A stretch of DNA of 64,000 bases from positions 4,891 to 68,890 of the forward strand of contig JAZOMY010000022.1 of assembly GCA_045654185.1 (NCBI GenBank). The letters run 5' to 3'. The position numbers and the translations under genes were made by a program. Shown piece by piece: positions 9,691 to 17,545 of the stretch. The DNA comes from Ruminococcus sp. GTDB lineage: Bacteria > Bacillota > Clostridia > Oscillospirales > Acutalibacteraceae. Every line of letters starts with the position of its first letter. Position 1 is the stretch's first letter. The notes beneath the pieces were generated by a model that made no database searches, was not told the origin of the DNA, and was given only the letters and a program-made list of their open reading frames with translations.

Positions 9691-9726
9691 AAAACGGACA
9701 GACCCAAAAGGGACTGTCCGTTTTTT
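9691..9726. terminator. Bidirectional terminator
   Basis: AAAACGGACAG/CTGTCCGTTTT inverted repeat between convergent genes. Confidence 0.8.
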
Positions 9727-9741
9727 CATACATATTAAAAT

Positions 9742-10347
9742 TTAAAGATAATCGTCCACATCAAAGACTCTGTCTTTGTAGTAAAAATCCCTCTCCTCGG
9801 GAGTAATCTGTCGATATACCCTGCAAGGGTTGCCGAAAGCAACTACATTTTCGGGGATATCCTTGGTCACAACACTGCCTGCACCGATAACAGAGCCTGC
9901 ACCGATGGTAACCCCGGGATTTATCACCGCACAGGCTCCTATCCAGACGTTGTCGCCTATGGTGACGGGTATGCCGTATTCGTATTTCTTTCTGGCATCG
10001 GGGTGAATGGGATGCCCTGCGGCTGATATGGTGACGTTGGGTGCTATCAGCACATTATCGCCGATTTTCACCGTGTTGCAGTCAAGCACCGTCAGGTTGT
10101 AGTTTGCATAGAAATTCTCGCCGACTTCTATATTACATCCGTAATCGCAATGAAAAGGTGCCTCGATGTAAAACCTCTCTCCTGTTTTGCCAAGAAGTTC
10201 TTTGAGTATCTCCTGCTTCCTCTCTGTTTTTGCAGGATGCAGATTATTGAATTCAAAGAGAAGCACTCGGCTTCTCATCATCTTCTCACGGGTCTCCTCA
10301 TCCGAATGATAGGGAAGCCCTGCCATCATTCGCTGAAACTGGGACAT
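9742..10347 (-). CDS. Sugar O-acetyltransferase (Maa/LacA hexapeptide family)
   Basis: EAPFHCDYGCNI, IGDNVWIG, IGAGSVVTKDIP and AFGNPCRV motifs. Start at ATG 10347 behind GGAGG. Confidence 0.88.
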   Translation of the reverse strand: MSQFQRMMAGLPYHSDEETREKMMRSRVLLFEFNNLHPAKTERKQEILKELLGKTGERFYIEAPFHCDYGCNIEVGENFYANYNLTVLDCNTVKIGDNVLIAPNVTISAAGHPIHPDARKKYEYGIPVTIGDNVWIGACAVINPGVTIGAGSVIGAGSVVTKDIPENVVAFGNPCRVYRQITPEERDFYYKDRVFDVDDYL

Positions 10348-10348
10348 C

Positions 10349-11041
10349 TTATGCCTCCTCCGCCTTGCGGTCAAGCTGCTTCATTCTCTTGTAGCGATAG
10401 AGGACATTCTGTGCCCACTCTCTGTCGATTTTTACAAAACCTGCAAGTTTGCGGTCTTTAATTGCCATTTCGCTGACGATGGTAACCGCCTTGCCGTAGA
10501 TTTCAAGTCGTGCCGACTGCACATAGGGCTCGTGCTCCTTGCCTACAAAGAAGGTGAATCCCATGGTATTCTTCTCTCTGTCATACATAGAAAGGTAGCC
10601 TTCCTCAACATGAGGAATACCGTATTTTTTGGCCACCATTTCGCTGATTACAAGCTTGGTAATCTCCACTGCCATATCGTCCAGTCCCGACTCGAAGATA
10701 AACACCTTCTCCTTGAAACTGTTGAAGTCGGAGGCAAGACGCTTTCTGACTCCCACAAGGCGCTCGTACTTCTGCTCAAGCTCCACATCTTCCAGCTGGA
10801 AACGGTCAACCTCGGGAATCAGGTATACCATAAAGCGGTTTTTCATATCATTGTAGAGCACCGGATATGTAAGCCTTGCCTCATATCCGCAGGCGGTGCA
10901 TCTGAAACGAAAGAGTTTCTCGTCCAGCACATCTCCTCTGAGAGTAGGCTCGTTGGTGGCATTGATGCTCATATAAAGCTTTGCCTCGGTGGACTCGCTG
11001 CACTTGGGGCAGGGTATTTTTTTGACTACAACATTTGCCAT
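10349..11041 (-). CDS. CpXC-domain protein
   Basis: CPKC ... FRCTACG ... YPVLYND pattern. Confidence 0.7.
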   Translation of the reverse strand: MANVVVKKIPCPKCSESTEAKLYMSINATNEPTLRGDVLDEKLFRFRCTACGYEARLTYPVLYNDMKNRFMVYLIPEVDRFQLEDVELEQKYERLVGVRKRLASDFNSFKEKVFIFESGLDDMAVEITKLVISEMVAKKYGIPHVEEGYLSMYDREKNTMGFTFFVGKEHEPYVQSARLEIYGKAVTIVSEMAIKDRKLAGFVKIDREWAQNVLYRYKRMKQLDRKAEEA

Positions 11042-11217
11042 ATCATAATCTCCTTATATCAAAAAACATACAGTTTCGCATTATATTCATACTTATTATA
11101 TCATAGAGGCATATTTAGACAAGCATTTTTTAGAAATTTTTATTGATTTTAGGGGAGATTAGTGCCATAATATAGATAGTTGATTTTGCTTACATTCTTT
11201 TAGAAGGAGTTTATGTT

Positions 11218-11973
11218 ATGAGTAATAAAAAAGTTGAAGCAGCCCCTCTGCGCGATATGTTTACAGATGCTGCAAAAGAGGTTATCGAGCGTGCCAGAAT
11301 CAAGGCACAGATGAACAAAATCCTTGAAATTGTTGACGCTGACTCCGCACGCCTGCGCAAGGCTTACTCCGAAATCGGCAAGATGTACTGCGAGGGTACT
11401 CTCGAGGCAAACGCTTCCAGAGTTGAGGTGCTCACAGGTCTTGTAAATCACCTCCAGGAGCGAATCAAGAGAGCAAAACTCAGATATGATGAACTGGAGA
11501 AGGTACACTCCGTTGATGAATGCACACAGGCTTTCAAGGCAGAGCTTCAGGTAAAAATCAAGAAGACCGCCGAGGACACCGCAGAGTTTGCCAAGGATTT
11601 TTCCGAAAAGGCAAAAGTGAAGGCACAGGAGATTTCCGCAAAATCCAAAGCAAAGAGCAAAAAAAGCGATAAGGCTGAACTCTCCAAAGAGCAGAACAAA
11701 AAGCTCATCTCCCTTATAAAGGAGCAGCTTGAGGACAGCGAGGATGCCGAGGAAACCGCCGAGACCACAGTGGAAAAAATCCAGAATCTGCTGGAATCCC
11801 TCTCCGTAGAGGAAGAAACCGAAGATGCTGTGGTAATTTCCGAGGAAGCCGCACCCGCAGAGGTAACCGAGGTTGTGGAGGCCATCGCCCGCGAAGCTAT
11901 GGAAGAAGTTGCCGCAGAAACAGATGCTCTCCCCGCCGAAGGCGCTGAGGTTGCAGAAGACTTCACATTCTGA
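11218..11973 (+). CDS. Hypothetical coiled-coil protein with an acidic C-terminal half
   Basis: Long ORF with an AGAAGGAG RBS, host-like codon usage and a downstream terminator. Confidence 0.75.
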   Translation: MSNKKVEAAPLRDMFTDAAKEVIERARIKAQMNKILEIVDADSARLRKAYSEIGKMYCEGTLEANASRVEVLTGLVNHLQERIKRAKLRYDELEKVHSVDECTQAFKAELQVKIKKTAEDTAEFAKDFSEKAKVKAQEISAKSKAKSKKSDKAELSKEQNKKLISLIKEQLEDSEDAEETAETTVEKIQNLLESLSVEEETEDAVVISEEAAPAEVTEVVEAIAREAMEEVAAETDALPAEGAEVAEDFTF

Positions 11974-11986
11974 TATAAATCTTCCG

Positions 11987-12014
11987 TCCGCATCCGCAAG
12001 GGTGCGGATTTTTT
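11987..12014 (+). terminator. Intrinsic terminator
   Basis: TCCGCATC/GGTGCGGA hairpin + T6. Confidence 0.75.
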
Positions 12015-12029
12015 ATTTCAAGAAAATAC

Positions 12030-12058
12030 TTGTAATTTTCCCTTGTACAGTATATAAT
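12030..12058 (+). promoter_or_regulatory. Promoter TTGTAA-17-TATAAT for the ECF S component
   Basis: Read directly from the sequence. Confidence 0.7.
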
Positions 12059-12120
12059 AGCCGAGACGGAAGCAGGGAAGATTGCGGCTAACCCAAAACC
12101 GCTTCCGAAGAGGTATTATT

Positions 12121-12666
12121 ATGAAAAGTAACACAAAAAACACTACGTTAAAAATTGTATTTACTGCACTGATGGCCGCCATTACCTGCGTGATGACTAT
12201 CGCCATACGCATTCCCTCTCCCACCGGAGGTTATCTCAATATGGGTGATGTGGCTGTGCTTACATCCGGCTGGCTTCTGGGGCCCCTCTGGGGAACTCTC
12301 GCCGCTGCTCTGGGTTCGGCTCTTGCGGATATCTTCAGCGGATATTTCCAGTACGCCCCCGCCACCTTCGTTATCAAGGGGCTTATGGCTCTCCTTGCCT
12401 GGTGTATCATATACTTTGTAGGAAAAGCAGGAAAAAACTCTTTTGTGACACTGGTTGGAAACCTTCTTGCTTTCATCCTTGCCGAAGCACTCATGGTTGG
12501 TCTTTACTTTGTCTTTGAAGCCACCATACTCGCCTATGGTATGGGTGCCGCCGCAGGAATCTTCGGCAACACGATGCAGGGCGTTGCAGGAATTGCGGGA
12601 GCTGTTATTATCATCGAGATTCTCCGACGCACAAAAATCAAAGAAAAATACATAGATGCTACTTAA
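12121..12666 (+). CDS. ECF transporter substrate-specific (S) component
   Basis: ALMAAITCV, RIPSPTGGYLNMGD, GSALADIFSGY and ATFVIKG motifs; about six TM helices. Confidence 0.82.
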   Translation: MKSNTKNTTLKIVFTALMAAITCVMTIAIRIPSPTGGYLNMGDVAVLTSGWLLGPLWGTLAAALGSALADIFSGYFQYAPATFVIKGLMALLAWCIIYFVGKAGKNSFVTLVGNLLAFILAEALMVGLYFVFEATILAYGMGAAAGIFGNTMQGVAGIAGAVIIIEILRRTKIKEKYIDAT

Positions 12667-12684
12667 ATTTTGCGGACACCTGTC

Positions 12685-12712
12685 GCCTCCTCGTACATCG
12701 GGGAGGCTTTTT
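12685..12712 (+). terminator. Intrinsic terminator
   Basis: GCCTCC/GGAGGC hairpin + T6. Confidence 0.75.
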
Positions 12713-12775
12713 TTGTATTTCTCCCCCGAATAACAAAAAAAGCTATGAAAAGTATGATAAAAATCCCTTAAACTC

Positions 12776-12804
12776 TTTAAATCAAAAAATCTTTGTGGTA
12801 TACT
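12776..12804 (+). promoter_or_regulatory. hisS-aspS promoter TTTAAA-17-TATACT with extended -10
   Basis: Read directly from the sequence. Confidence 0.55.
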
Positions 12805-12856
12805 TATGATGTATAAATATTTCAGTTTTCAGAAAAAGCCGAAAGGATGATAAAAA

Positions 12857-14158
12857 GTGGCTTTATTGGTTAAGAAAATCAAAGGCACGGAGGATATCCT
12901 CCCCCGCCAGAGCTATAAATGGCAGTTTATAGAGAAAGTTATGTCCGAAGAGGCAAAGGTTTACGGCTTCAAGGAAATCCGCACCCCTGTTTTTGAGCAG
13001 ACAGAGCTCTTCCGTCGCGGTGTGGGTGAAGGTACCGATGTGGTACAGAAGGAGATGTACACCTTCGAAACCAAAGGCGGCGAGTCCCTGACACTCCGTC
13101 CCGAGGGTACCGCAGGTGCCGCCAGAGCCCTCCTTGAGCACAATCTCATAAACGACGGTCTGCCCATTAAGGCATACTACTTCACCACCTGCTATCGCTA
13201 CGAAAAGCCTCAGGCAGGCAGACAGAGAGAGTTCCACCAGTTCGGTCTTGAGGTTTACGGTGCACAGGACGCTCTCTCCGACGCAGAACTTATCTGTGCC
13301 GCAAACTCAATTTTCGAAAGACTTCAACTGCGTAACATCCGTCTGGAAATCAACTCCATCGGTTGTCCCGAGTGCAGAAAAAATTATCACAAGGCGCTGA
13401 AGGAATACTTTGAAGGATACCGCGAAACCCTCTGCGGCACCTGCCTTACCCGTCTTGAAAAAAATCCTATGAGAATTCTTGACTGCAAGAGCCCCGTGTG
13501 CAAGGAAATTGCCGCTAATGCCCCCAAGATTCTCAATTACCTCTGCGACGACTGCAAAGAGCATTTCGACAAGGTGCAGAAATACCTCACCGCAGCAGAC
13601 ATCACCTTCACAGTCAACCCCTCCATCGTCCGCGGACTTGACTACTACACCAACACAGTATTCGAGTTTATTGCCGACGGCATCGGTGCCCAGTCCACAG
13701 TATGCGGCGGCGGAAGATACAACGGCCTCATTGAGGAGCTTGGAGGCAACCCCCTGCCCTCTCTGGGCTTTGCCATCGGTCTTGAGAGACTCCTTATGGT
13801 TATGGATGCCCAGAATATCGAGATAGCCGCTCCCGAAAGTCCTGCGCTCTATATTGCCGCTCTGGGAGATGCCGCACAGCAGGAAGCCTTCGTTATGGCA
13901 AAGACTCTCCGCGAGTCAGGTCTGGAGGCACAGTTTGACATTGTGGGCAGAGGTCTGAAGGCGCAGATGAAATATGCCGACAAAATCGGCGCAAAATTCA
14001 CCCTTGTGCTGGGAGACAACGAAATTTCGGAAAAGAAAGCCAAACTTAAGAATATGACAACTTCCGAGCAGAGAGAAATCTCTCTGGGAGAGAACTTTAT
14101 GCAGGAATTTTTTGCCGCACTCATTGAGAGCGAGACAAACCCTGCCCTTTCACTTTGA
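12857..14158 (+). CDS. hisS: Histidine--tRNA ligase
   Basis: LRPEGTAG, YEKPQAGRQREFHQFG, VRGLDYYT and GGGRYNGL motifs; GTG start. Confidence 0.97.
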   Translation: MALLVKKIKGTEDILPRQSYKWQFIEKVMSEEAKVYGFKEIRTPVFEQTELFRRGVGEGTDVVQKEMYTFETKGGESLTLRPEGTAGAARALLEHNLINDGLPIKAYYFTTCYRYEKPQAGRQREFHQFGLEVYGAQDALSDAELICAANSIFERLQLRNIRLEINSIGCPECRKNYHKALKEYFEGYRETLCGTCLTRLEKNPMRILDCKSPVCKEIAANAPKILNYLCDDCKEHFDKVQKYLTAADITFTVNPSIVRGLDYYTNTVFEFIADGIGAQSTVCGGGRYNGLIEELGGNPLPSLGFAIGLERLLMVMDAQNIEIAAPESPALYIAALGDAAQQEAFVMAKTLRESGLEAQFDIVGRGLKAQMKYADKIGAKFTLVLGDNEISEKKAKLKNMTTSEQREISLGENFMQEFFAALIESETNPALSL

Positions 14159-14176
14159 TAAAAGGAGATTACTGAT

Positions 14177-15964
14177 ATGGCAGAATTTATGACAGGACTA
14201 AAGAGAACAAATTACTGCGGCGAGCTGAGAGAAAGCCACGCAGGCGAGGAAGTTATCCTCTGCGGCTGGGTACAGAAACAGCGCGATTTAGGTCAGCTTG
14301 TGTTCGTTGACCTGAGAGACCGCACAGGTATTGTCCAGCTTGCTTTTGATGACAGCACTGACAGAGAGATTTTTGCAAAAGCACAGTCTCTTCGCAGTGA
14401 ATATGTTGTATGCGCCAAGGGTACAGTCCGCGAAAGAAGTGCAAAGAATAAGGAAATCCCCACAGGCGACGTGGAGCTTTTCGTCACTGACCTGAGACTT
14501 CTCTCCAAGGCAGAGACCACTCCCTTTGAAATCGTAGACGACCTCAACACCAACGAGGAGCTCCGTCTGCGCTACCGCTACCTTGATTTGAGACGCAGAC
14601 CCCTGCAGAATAATATTATGATGAGAAACGAGATTTCCAAGAGCGCCCGTGACTATTTCTACGAGAACGGCTTTATCGAAATCGAAACTCCCATGATGAT
14701 GAAATCCACTCCCGAGGGTGCGCGTGACTATCTGGTACCCTCCAGAATTCACAAGGGTTGCTTCTATGCACTTCCCCAGTCTCCCCAGATTTACAAGCAG
14801 CTCCTTATGCTCTCAGGCTTCGACCGCTACATTCAGCTTGCAAGATGCTTCAGAGATGAAGACCTCCGCGCTGACCGTCAGCCTGAATTCACCCAGATTG
14901 ATATGGAGCTCTCCTTTGTGGATGTGGACGATATCCTCACCCTCAACGAAGGTCTGATGAAGAGAATATGGAAGGATGTTCTGGGTGTGGAGCTTGAGAC
15001 TCCCTTTGAGCGTATGAGCTACAAAGAGGCAATGGAGCGCTTCGGCTCCGACAAACCCGATATCCGCTTCGGTATGGAGATTCAGAATATTTCCCACCTT
15101 GTGAAAGACTGCGACTTCGGTGTATTCACAGGTGCAATCAATGCAGGCGGCTCTGTCCGTGCAATTGTTGCAAAGGATGCCGCTGCTACCCTCACCAGAA
15201 AAGAGATAGACAAGCTCACCGAGTATGTCCGCGGCATCGGCGCCAAGGGCCTCGCCTTCGTAAGATGGGTAGAGGATGCTCCCTCCTGCTCTTTCGCAAA
15301 GTTTATGAAAGAGGGCGAGCTTGAGAATATCCTCTCCACTCTGGGCGCAGAAAAAGGCGACGTTGTGCTCTTTGTTGCTGACAAGGACAGCGTTACCCTC
15401 TCCACTCTGGGTGCACTCCGTCTCACCGTTGCCAAGAAACTCAATATCATCCCCGATATTTATAAATTCCTCTGGATTGTAGACTTCCCCTTCTTCGAGT
15501 ACGACGACGAAAAGGGCGAGTGGGTTGCAATGCACCACCCCTTCACAATGCCCCGCGAGGAGTGTCTGGAGTATCTGGACACCGACCCCTCCAAGGTTAT
15601 TGCCAAGGCATACGACCTTACCCTCAACGGCGTTGAACTCTCCTCGGGTTCTATCCGTATTTCCAACCCCGAGCTTCAGCAGAAGATGTTCAGAGCTCTG
15701 CATATGACCGACGAGGAGATAGATGCAAAGTTCGGCTTCCTTGTGGATGCTTACAAGTACGGTGCTCCTCCCCACGGCGGTATGGGCATCGGTCTCGACA
15801 GACTCACCATGATTCTCTGCGGTGCCGAGAGTCTCCGCGATGTTACCGCCTTCCCCAAGGTTCAGAACGCATCCGAGCTGATGAGCCAGTGTCCCGCCCC
15901 CGTTGAACAGGAAAACCTTGACGTGCTGGGACTTGCAATAGTTAAAGAAACAACTGCGGAGTAA
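14177..15964 (+). CDS. aspS: Aspartate--tRNA ligase
   Basis: FVDLRDRTG, STPEGARDYLVPSR, LPQSPQIYKQLLM, FRDEDLRADRQPEFTQ and PPHGGMGIGLDRL motifs. Confidence 0.97.
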   Translation: MAEFMTGLKRTNYCGELRESHAGEEVILCGWVQKQRDLGQLVFVDLRDRTGIVQLAFDDSTDREIFAKAQSLRSEYVVCAKGTVRERSAKNKEIPTGDVELFVTDLRLLSKAETTPFEIVDDLNTNEELRLRYRYLDLRRRPLQNNIMMRNEISKSARDYFYENGFIEIETPMMMKSTPEGARDYLVPSRIHKGCFYALPQSPQIYKQLLMLSGFDRYIQLARCFRDEDLRADRQPEFTQIDMELSFVDVDDILTLNEGLMKRIWKDVLGVELETPFERMSYKEAMERFGSDKPDIRFGMEIQNISHLVKDCDFGVFTGAINAGGSVRAIVAKDAAATLTRKEIDKLTEYVRGIGAKGLAFVRWVEDAPSCSFAKFMKEGELENILSTLGAEKGDVVLFVADKDSVTLSTLGALRLTVAKKLNIIPDIYKFLWIVDFPFFEYDDEKGEWVAMHHPFTMPREECLEYLDTDPSKVIAKAYDLTLNGVELSSGSIRISNPELQQKMFRALHMTDEEIDAKFGFLVDAYKYGAPPHGGMGIGLDRLTMILCGAESLRDVTAFPKVQNASELMSQCPAPVEQENLDVLGLAIVKETTAE

Positions 15965-15987
15965 TTTCCGACAAACTACGAACCTTT

Positions 15988-16021
15988 AAACTCCGTATTG
16001 CAAAAGTGATACGGAGTTTTT
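15988..16021 (+). terminator. aspS terminator
   Basis: AAACTCCGTAT/ATACGGAGTTT inverted repeat + T-tract. Confidence 0.8.
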
Positions 16022-16048
16022 ATTTTCCGAAAAGCGAGGTTTCCCAAA

Positions 16049-16918
16049 ATGAAACTGTCTGAAATTTTCTTATCCGATAAACCCACCCTCTCCTTTGAGG
16101 TTTTCCCTCCCAAAACAGGGGATATGTACCAGAAGGTAGAGGCCGCCGCCAGAGAAATTGCCGCACTTCACCCCGACTTCATGAGCGTTACCTACGGTGC
16201 AGGAGGAGGCGGCGGCAGATACACTCTGGATATTGCCGCAGATATCGAGAAGAACTTCTCCGTGCCTACCCTTGCACACCTCACCTGCGTTTCCGCATCC
16301 CGAGAGGATGTGAGAGAGATGCTCTCGTCCCTTCGCGAAAAAGGCATTGAGAACATCCTTGCTCTGCGCGGTGACTATCCCAAAGACGGCGAATATCCCG
16401 TAAAGAAAGACTTCCGCTATGCAAGCGAACTTATCAGCGAAATTGTTTCCTTCGGGGGATTTACCATCGGCGGCGCCTGCTATCCCGAGGGGCACACCGA
16501 AGCAGAAAGCCTTGAGGAAGACATTGTTAACATCGGCAAAAAGGTAGACGCAGGCTGCGAGTTTCTTACCACCCAGATGTTTTTTGACAACGACATTCTC
16601 TATTCATATATAGAAAAACTCCGCAAGAAGGGCATCTTTGTCCCCGTTGTGGCAGGTATTATGCCCATTACCAACGCCAGACAGATTTTCCGCAGTTGCG
16701 AGCTTTCGGGCACAGTGCTCCCCAAGCGCTTCATCCGAATTGCCGAGCGTTACGGCGACAACCCCGCCGCTATGAAACAGGCAGGCATCGCCTATGCCAC
16801 CGAGCAGATTATCGATCTGTATGCAAACGGAGTCAGAAACGTCCACGTCTACTCAATGAACAAACCCGACGTAGCAAAGGCAATTCAGGCAAACCTCAGT
16901 GAAATTATCAAGGCATAA
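16049..16918 (+). CDS. metF: 5,10-methylenetetrahydrofolate reductase
   Basis: SFEVFPPK, SVTYGAGG, AHLTCV, LALRGD, CYPEGH and TQMFFD motifs. Confidence 0.95.
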   Translation: MKLSEIFLSDKPTLSFEVFPPKTGDMYQKVEAAAREIAALHPDFMSVTYGAGGGGGRYTLDIAADIEKNFSVPTLAHLTCVSASREDVREMLSSLREKGIENILALRGDYPKDGEYPVKKDFRYASELISEIVSFGGFTIGGACYPEGHTEAESLEEDIVNIGKKVDAGCEFLTTQMFFDNDILYSYIEKLRKKGIFVPVVAGIMPITNARQIFRSCELSGTVLPKRFIRIAERYGDNPAAMKQAGIAYATEQIIDLYANGVRNVHVYSMNKPDVAKAIQANLSEIIKA

Positions 16919-16921
16919 ATT

Positions 16922-17512
16922 ATGAAAACTACTCTCATTACTCCCGACCCTGTGCTTATCTGTCAGGATACCGACCTCTGCGAGGCAATGCGCTACTCGG
17001 GATGCCGCACAGTTGAAGACGAAAAACTCCGCACCCTCTGTCAGGAATGCATAGAGGAGCTCTCGCAAAAAATCACCCCCAAAGCCGTCTGCACCACCGC
17101 AGAGGTAACTGTGGAGGGTGACACCATAGACTTCGGCTTTTTCTCCACCGAGAGCAGGTCTCTCAGGATTTTTCTGGGCGACAGACGTCGCGTGGGCATC
17201 TTTGCCGCTACTCTGGGGGTCGGTGCCGATATGCTGATTGCAAGATATTCCCGGATAAGCCCCAGCCGCGCGGTAATGCTTGACGGTGCCGCAGGGGCTA
17301 TGATAGAGTGCCTCTGCGACAAGGTCACCGCCGGGCACTTCGGCGCAAAGGCGCAGGAGCGATTCTCTCCCGGTTACGGCGATTTACCGCTGGAGCTTCA
17401 GAGCACTCTGCTCAATATGCTGGACGCCAACCTTAAGATAGGTCTGGCGCTCTCGGAGTCCCTGATGCTCCTTCCCACAAAGTCCGTCACCGCCATTGTG
17501 CCCTTGGAATAA
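16922..17512 (+). CDS. Stand-alone B12-dependent methionine synthase reactivation domain
   Basis: AATLG...D, RFSPGYGDLPL and PTKSVTA motifs; sits between metF and metH. Confidence 0.85.
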   Translation: MKTTLITPDPVLICQDTDLCEAMRYSGCRTVEDEKLRTLCQECIEELSQKITPKAVCTTAEVTVEGDTIDFGFFSTESRSLRIFLGDRRRVGIFAATLGVGADMLIARYSRISPSRAVMLDGAAGAMIECLCDKVTAGHFGAKAQERFSPGYGDLPLELQSTLLNMLDANLKIGLALSESLMLLPTKSVTAIVPLE

Positions 17513-17545
17513 CCGAGGCAACTCCCCCGAAAAGAAGGTATTTAT

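Noticed and set aside
12667-12856. T-box leader for hisS-aspS
   Set aside because: No T-box or antiterminator motif, and the promoter is only about 50 nt from the start codon.
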